Shown: positions 38,713-50,015, counted from the first letter of the stretch. The stretch is 64,000 bases of DNA from Bdellovibrio sp. (GCA_016187935.1 JACPIU010000008.1:292086-356085); one strand, 5' to 3'. Numbers and translations are program-made. Notes: generated by a model not told the origin, from the letters alone.

Positions 38713-39411
38713 ATGAAAACATTGCTCCTACTTTCTTGCCTGTTGTATTCTGCTTTAACCAGTGCTGCAAATCTCGACTTTCGCTGTGACGTTTTGTCAG
38801 TGAAAGATAGCAACGTTTTTGAGGAAGGTCTTGGGGCCACAGGGCTGTCCGATGTTGACGAAGATGCCCAAAAAGTTGAAATTCTATTGAGCGCAAACTC
38901 AAAGGAGCTGCAAGTCGGGCAGCATTCATTCTCCAGTAAAGAGGCGATGGTTAAATTCGATTATCAAGATAAACCGACTTACCATAAAGTAACTGCCACG
39001 GAAGAATCTCAAACTGTTCAGGTGACAGTTTACAAGACATCCAAGCTCGGGGTTTTGTTGCAAAAAGATCAGAATGAAAGCAAGTATAAGATGGTGGCCG
39101 AGCTTGATTGTAATGATTACTCAATAGTGAAAAAATACATGCTTTCGAACAAAGCCACCCCGGTGAAAATCAAAAGGGCCGCCATTTCTCAGGCAACTTT
39201 GAAGAGAATGGCGCGGATTGATGTGCCTTTTGAAATGGGTGATGGTTACTACGACTTACAATCTGAAAACTATTATCAAGTTTCTCACAATGGAAAGATT
39301 GTAGGCTACATCCTTGAAAGCGTCATGGCCTATACCGAAGATGATGAAGATGTGACCGCACAGACCTACTTTCTGGCCAACGGAGTTCGTTTTTCCGGCC
39401 CGAATGACTAG
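38713..39411 (+). CDS. hypothetical secreted protein
   Basis: Signal peptide MKTLLLLSCLLYSALTSAA. Confidence 0.45.
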   Translation: MKTLLLLSCLLYSALTSAANLDFRCDVLSVKDSNVFEEGLGATGLSDVDEDAQKVEILLSANSKELQVGQHSFSSKEAMVKFDYQDKPTYHKVTATEESQTVQVTVYKTSKLGVLLQKDQNESKYKMVAELDCNDYSIVKKYMLSNKATPVKIKRAAISQATLKRMARIDVPFEMGDGYYDLQSENYYQVSHNGKIVGYILESVMAYTEDDEDVTAQTYFLANGVRFSGPND

Positions 39412-39526
39412 TCTGCATTTCAAGACAGAGACTCTGTAAAACCTTCTAACCCCTTGAAAATGCCATCATTTGCGCCCTCCCCAAATGGCATTTAGATTGC
39501 AATTCTTGATTGGCATGGGGGAGTCT

Positions 39527-42439
39527 ATGAATGCATCATTAATTCGAGATCTAGGGGTCATTTGTTTTTTGCTTCTCTTTTTTGCATGCAAAGATAAAAG
39601 TGGAGATACCAGCTCAGAAGTCAATGCTCCAGCGAGCGTCAGTTCTGTTCCCGCTGTCGTGGCCGAGGCTGCCAATTCATTGACTAACAATAACGAGAAA
39701 GGTCCAGTGCTTTCGCCTGCATCCAAGAAAATTGCTGTCGGCAGTTCGGTTGCCTTTTCCGTGAGCGGAGGAACATCTCCTTACATCTTCTCCTTATCAA
39801 CGGGAGACGGAACCGTGGACAGCTCAGGGAATTTCACGGCCCCAACTACACCTGGAACCTCCACAATCCGCGTGACAGACTCTCAAGGATATTCAAGCCA
39901 GGCCTCGGTGGAATACTTTGTGCAAAATCAGATCGCTGTTTCTCAATTTGCCACTTGCATTTTAAAAGGTAATACCAATGAAGTTAAATGTTTTGGCAGT
40001 AACCAGCACGGACAAATGGCAAATGACGGCATCACCATAGGCGACCAGACCTCGGACATGGGAGATAATCTGCGACCGGCAAAGCTCGGACTCCAACAGG
40101 ATATCAGTGTCACAGCTGTCGCGGCCACTGGAGTAAGTTCCATCGCCGCAGTCTTAAATGACGGTTCCATGAAGTCCTGGGGTTACAGCGGCCATTCGAC
40201 CAACGGGTACAACTGGCTTGGTGACAGCATTGCTCCAACCACATTAGCTGAATCCATTCCTCAAATCGGCCCAGGAACCTCGCGCACTTTTGTCCAGATT
40301 GAAGGCGGGTATTATCACTTCTGCGGACTGCTCGATAATGGAGATGTAAAATGCTGGGGTTACAATGCCTATGGACAACTCGGGCAAGATAATCGGGCGT
40401 ATTACGGTGCCAATCCGACGATCTCAAACACTCCTGCAATCAACTTAAACGGTCAGGCCGCAAAGGTCTCGGCGGGATATCTACATTCATGTGCGCTTTT
40501 GGTGGGGGGGACGGTTAAATGTTGGGGTTACAATGCCTACGGGCAACTGGGACAAGACAACAGCGCTTGGGTTGGTACAGGGTCAGGGGAAATGTCGGCA
40601 CTCGCATCAGTTGATTTAGGAGGAAAGACGGCGGTTGATTTAAGTGCAGGATTCAACTTCACCTGCGTTGCTTTCGATGACGGCAAGGCCCGTTGTTGGG
40701 GCCAAAACAATGTGGGCCAATTGGGTTTGGGAAATACCAATCAGATTGGCGATGCTACAGATGAGATGGCCACGCTGACCGACGCAACCGATATTTCCTT
40801 TTTACCCAAAAAAATTATTAAAATATCTTCGGGCATTTACCACGTGTGTGCCCTACTTGATGACGAAACATTACGCTGCTGGGGATATAACAACTACGGA
40901 CAACTTGGTCAGGGAGATACCGTCAACCGTGGTGTTGTGCCAGGTGACATGAAAACTCTCACCCCCCTCCAACTTGGCAGCAATAAAACGATCAAGGATG
41001 TCGAGTGCGGAAATTATTGGACATGTGCCATTTTAAGTGACGATACTCTCAAATGTTGGGGCTACAATGCCTGGGGGCAATTAGGCCTAGGCCATCGAAG
41101 CGATATCGGGAAAGTCTCTGGAGATATGGGGGACAATCTTTTGACCGTCGACCTCGGTACTAACGTCATTCCAAAAAAACTAGTTAAGACGAGCGGAGAT
41201 ACGAACTGTGTAGTGGCCGAGAAAGAAGGAAGCAACCTTGTCTACTGCTGGGGACGCGTCTTGTACGGTGAGGACGCTACGGCGAGGGCAACCATCGGAC
41301 TTAACAATGGCGAGATGGGCAGTGGTCTTCCTTCCGTCAACTTAGGAACAATGAAGGGCAATGTTCAAAAAATCACCCATACCTATCTCGGCTTTTGCGC
41401 CACGGGAAATGACCAAGGAAACTCCAATACAACCAAATGTTGGGGTTACAATGAGAATTCTTATCGCCTCCTTGGCAGTAACTTGAGTGAATGGGTGGTG
41501 GGCGATACCTATGGGGAAATCGGGAGTGGTATTGCCAGTGTCAACGCCGGACAAGACCTCAAGGCGGTTCACCTTGAAGGCAACCAACAATCACCCTTCT
41601 CCTGTGCTCTTTTTGATGATCAAAGTATGCGCTGCTGGGGTTATAATCCTTACGGGAATTTAGGTCAGGACGATAAGATCACACGCAATTACATTCCCAC
41701 AACCCCACCTATTAATCTTGGAACAGGAAGAACCGTCACTCAATTTTCCTCCGGTCCCTACAGCACCTGTGCCCTCCTCGATAATGCTACAATCAAATGT
41801 TGGGGCCATAATCCCTACGGCAATTTAGGTCAAGGGCACACCAACGCTCTTGGCGATCAGGCCGGCGAGATGGCGACTCTTGCGCCGGTTGATCTTGGTA
41901 CTGAAGTCACCGCCAAGTATGTCTGCACCAACAACTATCACACTTGCGCAATCACCAATAAAGATAAGATCAAATGTTGGGGATACAATGGAAACGGGCA
42001 GCTTGGATATGATCATACCAACAATATCGGCGATGCCCCAGGCGAGATGGGCGACGCCCTTCCCTATGTCGACTTAGGTACGGGGAGAAGCGTGAAAAAA
42101 CTTTCATGCGGGGTCAATTATAATTGCGCGATCCTGGATAACGATAAATTGAAATGCTGGGGTTATAATGCCCAAGGGCAGTTGGGACTGGGCACCACTG
42201 CGACAAAAGGCAATACACCGGTCACAATGGGTAATGCTCTTCCCTACGTCAATCTGGGAACCGGACGAACGGCCGTCGACATTAAGACCGGTTATTTCCA
42301 TACCTGCACACTCCTAGATTCAAATGAGGTCAAATGTTGGGGTTACAACCATCGCGGACAAATCGGTGCAGGCAAAACTGGAAATTTAGGCGACAACGAA
42401 GATGAAATGGGTGATGCTCTTCTGCCGATTCGCTTTTAG
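39527..42439 (+). CDS. RCC1-repeat (alpha-tubulin-suppressor-like) lipoprotein with an N-terminal Ig-like region
   Basis: Lipobox LLLFFAC. More than 12 repeats of CWGYNAYGQLG(Q/L)G. Confidence 0.85.
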   Translation: MNASLIRDLGVICFLLLFFACKDKSGDTSSEVNAPASVSSVPAVVAEAANSLTNNNEKGPVLSPASKKIAVGSSVAFSVSGGTSPYIFSLSTGDGTVDSSGNFTAPTTPGTSTIRVTDSQGYSSQASVEYFVQNQIAVSQFATCILKGNTNEVKCFGSNQHGQMANDGITIGDQTSDMGDNLRPAKLGLQQDISVTAVAATGVSSIAAVLNDGSMKSWGYSGHSTNGYNWLGDSIAPTTLAESIPQIGPGTSRTFVQIEGGYYHFCGLLDNGDVKCWGYNAYGQLGQDNRAYYGANPTISNTPAINLNGQAAKVSAGYLHSCALLVGGTVKCWGYNAYGQLGQDNSAWVGTGSGEMSALASVDLGGKTAVDLSAGFNFTCVAFDDGKARCWGQNNVGQLGLGNTNQIGDATDEMATLTDATDISFLPKKIIKISSGIYHVCALLDDETLRCWGYNNYGQLGQGDTVNRGVVPGDMKTLTPLQLGSNKTIKDVECGNYWTCAILSDDTLKCWGYNAWGQLGLGHRSDIGKVSGDMGDNLLTVDLGTNVIPKKLVKTSGDTNCVVAEKEGSNLVYCWGRVLYGEDATARATIGLNNGEMGSGLPSVNLGTMKGNVQKITHTYLGFCATGNDQGNSNTTKCWGYNENSYRLLGSNLSEWVVGDTYGEIGSGIASVNAGQDLKAVHLEGNQQSPFSCALFDDQSMRCWGYNPYGNLGQDDKITRNYIPTTPPINLGTGRTVTQFSSGPYSTCALLDNATIKCWGHNPYGNLGQGHTNALGDQAGEMATLAPVDLGTEVTAKYVCTNNYHTCAITNKDKIKCWGYNGNGQLGYDHTNNIGDAPGEMGDALPYVDLGTGRSVKKLSCGVNYNCAILDNDKLKCWGYNAQGQLGLGTTATKGNTPVTMGNALPYVNLGTGRTAVDIKTGYFHTCTLLDSNEVKCWGYNHRGQIGAGKTGNLGDNEDEMGDALLPIRF

Positions 42440-42455
42440 ATGGTGTATGAGTTGC

Positions 42456-43169
42456 TTATAAAATGGCCTTTCCGACTCGCCCGAGATGAAGTCCCAATCC
42501 TTGTTCAGAAAAAGGCAGAGAGAGAGACATCCATACAAACAATGCTTTCCCTTTTATATTTTCCTTAGGCACAAATCCGAAGTAGCGCGAGTCTGCAGAA
42601 AAATCGCGATTATCTCCCATCACGAAATATTTTCCATCCGGAACTTTGAATTTTGAAATAGTATCTCTTGCGGTTTCAAAATTAGTTGTTTGAATGGAAA
42701 AATGATGAGTAGGTCCTTGGACCTTATAAATATTTACCTTCTCCCCGTTAAAGTTGTCGGCAAATTCTTTGATTAAGGCCGAATGGTCATCGATGGCGTA
42801 AATTATCTTTCCATTTACATAGACTTGTTTATTATTGAGTTCAATTTCATCACCAGGAAGACCAATGACTCTTTTGATATAATTTATACTGGGATCGTTT
42901 GGATATTTAAAAACGATAACGTCAAATCTTTTCGGTGATTCAAAATTTGTAAGATAAATCGGATCAGTGAACATATCCGAAAAAGGCAATTTGAAACCAT
43001 AGACAAACTTATTTACCAATATGAAATCACCAATATGCAATGTTGGTATCATGGAACCACTTGGAATGCGAAAAGGCTCAAAACACATGGAGCGAAATGA
43101 GAATATGAGAAAAACCATCAGCGTCATTAACTTCACTTCTTTCATGTTTATTTTTTTTAATAAGTTCAT
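42456..43169 (-). CDS. lepB: signal peptidase I
   Basis: IPSGSMIPTL (Ser box), GLPGDEIE, YFVMGDNRDFSADSRYFGFVP. Confidence 0.85.
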   Translation of the reverse strand: MNLLKKINMKEVKLMTLMVFLIFSFRSMCFEPFRIPSGSMIPTLHIGDFILVNKFVYGFKLPFSDMFTDPIYLTNFESPKRFDVIVFKYPNDPSINYIKRVIGLPGDEIELNNKQVYVNGKIIYAIDDHSALIKEFADNFNGEKVNIYKVQGPTHHFSIQTTNFETARDTISKFKVPDGKYFVMGDNRDFSADSRYFGFVPKENIKGKALFVWMSLSLPFSEQGLGLHLGRVGKAIL

Positions 43170-43185
43170 TTCATTCTCCTTAAAA

Positions 43186-43524
43186 TTAATGTGCTGAAAA
43201 AGCGAAGAGGAAACCAATTCCACTGATTCCCCATCTGAAAATTGTGTTATCAAAGATCGGCATAAGAGTTTCGGCCCAATTTGAAGACAAGAACGAAGCA
43301 GAATTCTTCTCTTGTTTTTCTATTTTCAACATTATGCGATCAACGAAATCAGAAGGTATATCTATTGATTCGTTTTTCATAAGTGAATCCAATTCTTCAA
43401 TCTGAGAGGCAACCGCACTACACTTGTTACAATTCAGAATATGTTTTTTATCTTCGAGGTCGATGACTCTGCCCCAAGCAATGCTTTCTTGCACTAAATT
43501 ACAATTTTTATTTTTTGAAATCAT
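43186..43524 (-). CDS. anti-sigma factor (zinc-finger ZAS-like, single TM)
   Basis: HILNCNKC. C-terminal TM. ATGA overlap with the sigma region-4 reading frame. Confidence 0.6.
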   Translation of the reverse strand: MISKNKNCNLVQESIAWGRVIDLEDKKHILNCNKCSAVASQIEELDSLMKNESIDIPSDFVDRIMLKIEKQEKNSASFLSSNWAETLMPIFDNTIFRWGISGIGFLFAFSAH

Positions 43525-43526
43525 AA

Positions 43527-43998
43527 TTCCTCACACGCTATTAAATTTCTCAGCAATAATTTCCCCCTATGAATTCTGGACTTCACTGTTCCGATTGAGC
43601 AGTTTTCAATCATGGCAATTTCATTCAGCGTTAATTCTTCAATCTGAGTTCTTATTTAACAAAGACTCAGGAGCATCGGTCATACCATTATCAAACGCCA
43701 CTTGCTCCAATTCCTCTTCACTCTCCAACATTTCACCTTTTCTCTTTAATTCATTGAGAGCAATGTTTTTCGCAATCGAAAAGGCCCAGGAACTAAAGGT
43801 CCCTTTACTGCTGTCAAAAGTTGGAAGAGACTTAAAGACTTTTAAAAATACATCCTGAACAAGTTCTTCGATCTTCTGTGGCGGAAATCTAAACTTTCTA
43901 AAAAAAGAAAATAATGGACGCTGGTATCTTATCACCAGTAATTTAAAGGCATTTCTGTTGCCTGCTAAAACCTGTTCAATTAAAAAAATATCTTCCAT
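43527..43998 (-). pseudogene. ECF sigma-70 factor interrupted by a +1 frameshift (or sequencing error)
   Basis: Region 2 (LVIRYQRPLFSFFRKF...DVFLKVF) lies in the ORF 43639-43998. Region 4.2 (LTLNEIAMIENCSIGTVKSRIHRG) lies in another frame at 43527-43655. Confidence 0.6.
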
Positions 43999-44141
43999 TA
44001 ATCTCTCATGAAATTATTGTCATATGGTAATACAAATCAGGAAGAAAAAGGTTCCCTGAAAAATGAGCGCAAAAAAAATGCACGCAATTACATATAGTTA
44101 GCCGCTTTTTCTGGGACGTCCCAGTGCTGGGCCGGCCACCG

Positions 44142-46265
44142 TTAATGTGATAAGCTTATTTTGTTTTTTGCCTTCAAGGCCGCTGCTCTGACTTCTGCAT
44201 CGGCTTCGGTGGCCAATAACTGGTCAATCATCGCCAATGCAGTTGGTTTAGATAGAGTATCATTCAAATAGAGCAAGGCCGCGAGTCTATCGTTCTTAGT
44301 GCTGGAATTTAAACCAATTTGAAAGAGTGGCTTTGCCACTGCTTCTTCCAAACCACTTTTCTCTACAAAGTAATAGACAAATTTTTTGTCTGTCATGTTG
44401 GGCGATTTTATGAAAGCTTTATAAAATTCTGCGGCCTTTCCCTTATCCATATCCTGATTGGAACTCCTGGCGAGCCCATCCAGCACCGTCGAAGCGTGAG
44501 CAGTATTCAATCCCATTAGCACGCGCTCGACCGAATGTTTTGATTTTGGAAGTAAGGCATACATTGATTTTAAAACGCGATCAGAGAAATAGTCTTGAGA
44601 AGATGTATCGTCAGGAATGGATTCTAAATATTCACGCAGGAGAGGCTCATCACTGTCACTAAAAGTACCCGATCGGATCAAGGCCAAAATTTTTCCGGCC
44701 TTGGTTCTTGCCTGTAAAGCGATGGCACGTTTTCCCGCGCTTGGGTCAGCAAAACTGGCCTGGGCCTCATATCCGTTGGCGCGATAAATATCTCCAAGGG
44801 CCTTCCTAATGTGTGGATTGCGAGGTGCCAAAAAAAACGCTTGGCGAATAAGTTTGAAAGCGTCTTTATGGCGATTGCAGATGTTTTCATTATAAGGTAT
44901 TTCTGCCATGAGTTTGTTTGCCTTATCTAATAAGCGTTGGGCCTGCTCGCTGTAATCATAAAGTTCAGTGGTATTGAGCTTGGCCCGCGCTTCTGCTGAA
45001 GGCCAATTGGCGGCCTTTAAACGATGGGCCACTTCAACTAATTTTAAAGCGTTCAATGAACCCGCGCCGTTCAATCCACCAATAGTACCAGCGGTAGGCA
45101 CGGCGGTTTTCTTTAACAAAATTTTCAATTCCGCAGTCGTGATATTGGGTAATAAGGCCATGACATTTGTGAGGGCACTTGTCACCATGGGAGCAGAGCC
45201 GCTGGTGCCACTGAAACGGGTGTAATGACTGCCTTTTCGTTCATCGTCACCGGCGGTTCCACGGGATAAAATGGATAAATCTGAAGGCGCGCTAATTGTC
45301 ACTTCTGGGCCTTCTTGCGAAAACTCACTGGCGAGACCTGAGGGGGAAAGACTCCCCACCACAATACCATTAATAGTTTTTGTAATAGGATCTACTTCCT
45401 CCGGATAATGATTGCCGCTGGATTTAACCACAACGGTTTCTTGTGCTAAGCTCTGATAGGTGGGCGGCCAATCTTTACAGATGCTACGAACTTCTAAATG
45501 ACATTGCATGGAAAGATTCACAATCCTCGGTCTCGGCGTGGCGGCGTGAAATGTATCCAAGATGGCGGCAGAAGCATTACCTGAACCCTCGCTATTTTCG
45601 CGGAAAGTATCTACCATGCTCACGCGCGCTTCACTGGTCGAAGACATCGGTGGATCACCGATTATTAAATTTCCGACTTGTGTACCATGCCCAGGGTTAG
45701 CGGAAATATCAGGAGGACAGTTATTATTCATATGAGAGCAAACTCGATAAGGAGTGTTTTCCATGATAGTACCAACTTCTTCGATGGTGTGACCTTGCAA
45801 GACAAAATCAGCGGCGTCTGGATTGCAAGTTCGGACTGCTTGTCGACAGGCCAAGGCATTGCCGACAAAGCGATCCCGCCGTAACGTTGTAAGAGCGAAA
45901 CCAGTATCAACAATCCCCACCGGCACATCAGTGACCCCGATAGCATTACTATCTCGTGCCTTCAATCTTTGCATGTATTCATTGGCCAAATCGGCACCGA
46001 CCATTTCCTGTGCCCAATAAGCAGTCTGTTTTCCATTGATGGCATCATTGAGATAAGGTCGTCGTTCACGAAAATTATTCCTCTCCAAAACATCACAATT
46101 AAAAACCGATTTTAAATTGCCAAATGAAGCGGTATTGAGTGGGTTAAGACTATCATCATTAAAGCATCGCTCGACTTCCGTAAGCTCTGCCAAGACAGCA
46201 CTTGGAAAAGTCTGGATGAACAAGGCCAAAACACAAAAGATAGTTTTATATCGATGGAAATACAT
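44142..46265 (-). CDS. secreted S8 (subtilisin-like) serine peptidase with a C-terminal helical-repeat region
   Basis: GHGTQVG and GTSGSAPMV catalytic His/Ser motifs. Signal peptide. Confidence 0.8.
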   Translation of the reverse strand: MYFHRYKTIFCVLALFIQTFPSAVLAELTEVERCFNDDSLNPLNTASFGNLKSVFNCDVLERNNFRERRPYLNDAINGKQTAYWAQEMVGADLANEYMQRLKARDSNAIGVTDVPVGIVDTGFALTTLRRDRFVGNALACRQAVRTCNPDAADFVLQGHTIEEVGTIMENTPYRVCSHMNNNCPPDISANPGHGTQVGNLIIGDPPMSSTSEARVSMVDTFRENSEGSGNASAAILDTFHAATPRPRIVNLSMQCHLEVRSICKDWPPTYQSLAQETVVVKSSGNHYPEEVDPITKTINGIVVGSLSPSGLASEFSQEGPEVTISAPSDLSILSRGTAGDDERKGSHYTRFSGTSGSAPMVTSALTNVMALLPNITTAELKILLKKTAVPTAGTIGGLNGAGSLNALKLVEVAHRLKAANWPSAEARAKLNTTELYDYSEQAQRLLDKANKLMAEIPYNENICNRHKDAFKLIRQAFFLAPRNPHIRKALGDIYRANGYEAQASFADPSAGKRAIALQARTKAGKILALIRSGTFSDSDEPLLREYLESIPDDTSSQDYFSDRVLKSMYALLPKSKHSVERVLMGLNTAHASTVLDGLARSSNQDMDKGKAAEFYKAFIKSPNMTDKKFVYYFVEKSGLEEAVAKPLFQIGLNSSTKNDRLAALLYLNDTLSKPTALAMIDQLLATEADAEVRAAALKAKNKISLSH

Positions 46266-46349
46266 AATTACTCGGTTACTTATCGACCTATTGAGGGTGG
46301 GAGTTAAATGGCTGAAATCATAGTACAACTATGCGAAACAATGATGTTT

Positions 46350-47183
46350 TTACATAAAACCGAGAAACATGAGGCCGGCGACTACAGAACCGAGGGCGAT
46401 TCGATAATATCCAAAAAGCGCCATTCCACTACGGCCCAAGTACGTCACCATCCACTTAACAGCGATGATGGCAGCGATACAGGCCGTAACCAAACCAATC
46501 AGCGGATTGGAGATACCAAAGACCTGAATCATCTCTGGACCGTACTTGAAGGCCTCAAACAATGTCGCCGCACTCAAAGTCACCAATCCGAGCAAAAAGC
46601 TAAACTCAATGGCCGCAACTGTACTCAATCCGACGAGCACACCACCTAAAATGGTGACCAAACTGCGGCTGACGCCTGGCCACATCGCAATACATTGCAG
46701 ACTTCCAATCATGAGCGCTTGGGAGATTGTCAGATTTTCCAATTGTTGTCCGAGATTCGTTGTACGGGAAATAGCGCTTCGCCGAGAGACCAATAAAATT
46801 GCGATTCCGCCGGTTACCCAAGCCGTGACAACCGGCCACATCCCAAAGAGATGGGCTTTAATCAGTTTTTCAAACAAAACACCAATAACTGCAGCAGGGA
46901 GAAAAGCAATCAATAAGTTGAAGGCAAGACGTCTTCCTATTTGGTCACGGCCCAAAATGCCCGCCAGTACTGAGCGTACACGTCCGGCATAGAGAAACAG
47001 CACGGCCAGTATTGCTCCCGATTGAATGCATATTTCATAGGCCAAAATGGCGGCACTTTTGTTTCCGCTCGTCTCTATTCCGAGCAAATGTTGGGTTAAT
47101 AATAGATGTCCGGTGGAACTCACAGGGAGATACTCCGTAACTCCTTCCACCAACCCCAGTAATACTGCCTGCCCTGTTGTCAT
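46350..47183 (-). CDS. uppP: undecaprenyl-diphosphate phosphatase
   Basis: GVTEYLPVSSTGHL hallmark. Multi-TM. Confidence 0.9.
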   Translation of the reverse strand: MTTGQAVLLGLVEGVTEYLPVSSTGHLLLTQHLLGIETSGNKSAAILAYEICIQSGAILAVLFLYAGRVRSVLAGILGRDQIGRRLAFNLLIAFLPAAVIGVLFEKLIKAHLFGMWPVVTAWVTGGIAILLVSRRSAISRTTNLGQQLENLTISQALMIGSLQCIAMWPGVSRSLVTILGGVLVGLSTVAAIEFSFLLGLVTLSAATLFEAFKYGPEMIQVFGISNPLIGLVTACIAAIIAVKWMVTYLGRSGMALFGYYRIALGSVVAGLMFLGFM

Positions 47184-47281
47184 TCAATTCTCCAGAAAAG
47201 ATCTATTGCAAAATCAACACTCGCTTAGTTTGAAGCTCTCTCTTTTGCGCGAAAGTGCTACCGAACGTTAACAGTCCGTGG

Positions 47282-47743
47282 TTATTTTTTCAACATCGAC
47301 AGCGCCTTATTTATTGGCATTGCCAAATCCTTAAAGTAGTCATTGTCACGGAACTGCAACTGGGGAATCGAATCTTGAGAGCTTTTTTGACCGGAAGACA
47401 ACTCTATAAAGAAGGTTTTCAGTCGATAAATGGGACCGACTATCCGATGGGAAAGAATTAAAACCACCACCCCGGAGAGGAGAGAGCCGATGATCCCAAA
47501 TAAAACAATATTGTGATTAAAAAGGTTTTGCTGCCCTTCAATCATACGAAAATAAGCACTCGTCGGCCGGAACCCCAACTGTTCCCCCATTTCCTTCAGA
47601 TACTTGAAGGTTCCTTGCACACGCCACCAAATCAACAAAAAAGTGCACATGGAGACTAACCATCCTGAAAGCATGAGAGTCAATTGAATACCGGGAAAAA
47701 GCAAATAGTTTTTAGGACGTCGTAGGTTCCGATAATTTATCAT
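47282..47743 (-). CDS. membrane protein, hypothetical
   Basis: Two TM segments. Confidence 0.4.
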   Translation of the reverse strand: MINYRNLRRPKNYLLFPGIQLTLMLSGWLVSMCTFLLIWWRVQGTFKYLKEMGEQLGFRPTSAYFRMIEGQQNLFNHNIVLFGIIGSLLSGVVVLILSHRIVGPIYRLKTFFIELSSGQKSSQDSIPQLQFRDNDYFKDLAMPINKALSMLKK

Positions 47744-47747
47744 GTCT

Positions 47748-50015
47748 CTATTTTAAGAGTATTTTGGACTTGGGCAAATCTAATTTTATGATTTCACCAT
47801 ATCTATCGGAAATAACCATTGAATTATCGATCAGAGAGAAATCCAGAGGACTGATTCCCTCGGATGTCAGATCAAGAAGGGTCTCAATATTTAAGGCCCC
47901 GGGTTCATGGAACTGCTTTTCCTCACTTTTTTTGATTATGGTCACCTTACCACCTATAATGGCCAAGAAATGTCCATTCGGCAGAGGAATAATTTTCAAA
48001 ACACTCAATCCGTTATTGATGCTTCCGAGAAAACTTGCGTCAGTTAGGTCTATACTCCCAAGTTTTTGCGATGAATAGATGCCTAAAATTTCATCCACGG
48101 GATTCAAGCCTAAAAACTTTACCACCGATGTTTCTACAATATTGGTGGTCACCAATGTTTCTTCGGTCAAATTATCTGTGTTAAACGCCTGGACCTTGAC
48201 CATTTCACCTGCTTTGTCGCTATAGCTTGATAACCATAACTGATTCTCATTTATAAACAGATCTGAAAAATCATAGAGAAGTGTCGCAGACTGCTGCACG
48301 CCTTCAAAATTGATATCGCTTAAATCATGCCTCAAGACTAGGCCGGATTTTTTGGCCGTGATTGTTCCCCCTGCCAAAATGGAATTCTCACTTATGAGAA
48401 TCTTTTTAATTTGTGTCGCCCCATACTTTTTAACATCCCAAGACATATTCGGGTTATGTTGATTGATGATGGCATCATCAGTAGTCGGCAAAAGTAATCC
48501 GGCAGGGGTGCTTACTGTCCACGGTTTTTTAGGATCGAAGCGGACAATATAGTTGGTGTTACCTGAAATGTAGTAATAAAAATCCGAATCCGTTTGATGT
48601 TTGACCACCGATAAGGGTACCTGTCCTCCGCTCTTGATAAAGGGATTTCCCCAATTTTGAATGCCTTTGCCCTTCGTGATGGTTTCAAGATCAAGATAAG
48701 AAAGCGAGCGAGTGGTGGAGAGGAAAATTTCTTTCTCATTGATCCGATCAATCTTGGACATTGGCACTGGTCTTGTCGGCAGAGTGACGGCCAAAGTTTC
48801 CCACGCAGTGGCCTTGGGACGACTGACCCTATAGATGATGGGGAGCTGCGGATTTTCAGGAGTAGCGGCATCTCGATAGAGCTTCACTTCATATGTATTA
48901 CTTACAGGCAAACCCGGGATACTCTTCACCGCGGTTAATAAACCGTGCTCAATCTTGAAATAACTGTAAGTGGTTTTGCTGGTGCTAAGGTTCAATATCC
49001 CACGGCGAAGATAGAGGAGTCCTGCCCGAAGATAGAAATCCTGACTGGTATAGGCCAACTCCTCACCTAATGCGGTTAGCTCTTTGGAAACAATATCTAA
49101 TTTATAACTCTCCACGATTCCGTCGGCATTTTTAGTCGTCACATAGAGGAATTCCTTATCACAAACATGTTTAAGCGGGGCGGTCGGTTTCGTCCATGGA
49201 AAGACTTGTACTGCCTGTTCTGGATAATGCACGTAAATATTGAAGGAAGTATTTTTATGCAGAAGACAAAACGATCCAGTTTCCGAATTATGAAAATGAT
49301 CCACAACACTGCCAACATCAGCAACTTTAAACAGATATCGTCCTTTTTTCTCTTCCAGAGAGTAGTCCACTACATGAATGGGGTTACTGGTTATAAGTCG
49401 GATTTTATTTTTTAAATGATTGAGTGCTTGGCGAGTGATAAGACCCAACATAGAAACGGCCAGTGCGGGGTCGGGCAATTCTTCGAGAGAAGGAAACAAT
49501 TGATAATGTTCGAAACTTTTTTGTTCCAAATCTATCTCTGTCACTTGAAAAGGTACTTTGGCATACAGGAGCTTCTTATCTCTGGGATAGGTGAACAGCA
49601 GAAGAATTTTTTTATTGTCTGAGGTTTCAATCACAGGGCCCTGGGTCACATCAAAATTAACATCGCCAGGGCCGAGAGAATTTTTGATGATCTTCGGGTC
49701 TAAAACTGACTCCAACACGTCCGAAGCCAGTTTCAAATCTTGCTCATCCTCCTCGGTGATAGCAGAAGTTTCGTTGGCCAAATTTTCAGATTCAGATGAA
49801 GATTCAGATGAAGAAAGCGGTTTAGATTCATTGGCCGGTGTCAGTGTGGCGCTGGTCGTGGATTGCGTCGCTCCACCTTTGTCACTATTGCAACCGGTCA
49901 ACATCAAACCCCAGGTAACCAACCAGACGAGAGAGGGCCTTAATATCAGCAACTTTATCGGCACCATAAAATTAAATACCAGAGGTTTATTTCCATTATA
50001 AATTAATCGGTTCAA
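47748..50015 (-). CDS. large secreted lipoprotein, hypothetical
   Basis: LTGCNSDKGG lipobox. 755 aa. The start may be internal. Confidence 0.5.
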   Translation of the reverse strand: MNRLIYNGNKPLVFNFMVPIKLLILRPSLVWLVTWGLMLTGCNSDKGGATQSTTSATLTPANESKPLSSSESSSESENLANETSAITEEDEQDLKLASDVLESVLDPKIIKNSLGPGDVNFDVTQGPVIETSDNKKILLLFTYPRDKKLLYAKVPFQVTEIDLEQKSFEHYQLFPSLEELPDPALAVSMLGLITRQALNHLKNKIRLITSNPIHVVDYSLEEKKGRYLFKVADVGSVVDHFHNSETGSFCLLHKNTSFNIYVHYPEQAVQVFPWTKPTAPLKHVCDKEFLYVTTKNADGIVESYKLDIVSKELTALGEELAYTSQDFYLRAGLLYLRRGILNLSTSKTTYSYFKIEHGLLTAVKSIPGLPVSNTYEVKLYRDAATPENPQLPIIYRVSRPKATAWETLAVTLPTRPVPMSKIDRINEKEIFLSTTRSLSYLDLETITKGKGIQNWGNPFIKSGGQVPLSVVKHQTDSDFYYYISGNTNYIVRFDPKKPWTVSTPAGLLLPTTDDAIINQHNPNMSWDVKKYGATQIKKILISENSILAGGTITAKKSGLVLRHDLSDINFEGVQQSATLLYDFSDLFINENQLWLSSYSDKAGEMVKVQAFNTDNLTEETLVTTNIVETSVVKFLGLNPVDEILGIYSSQKLGSIDLTDASFLGSINNGLSVLKIIPLPNGHFLAIIGGKVTIIKKSEEKQFHEPGALNIETLLDLTSEGISPLDFSLIDNSMVISDRYGEIIKLDLPKSKILLK

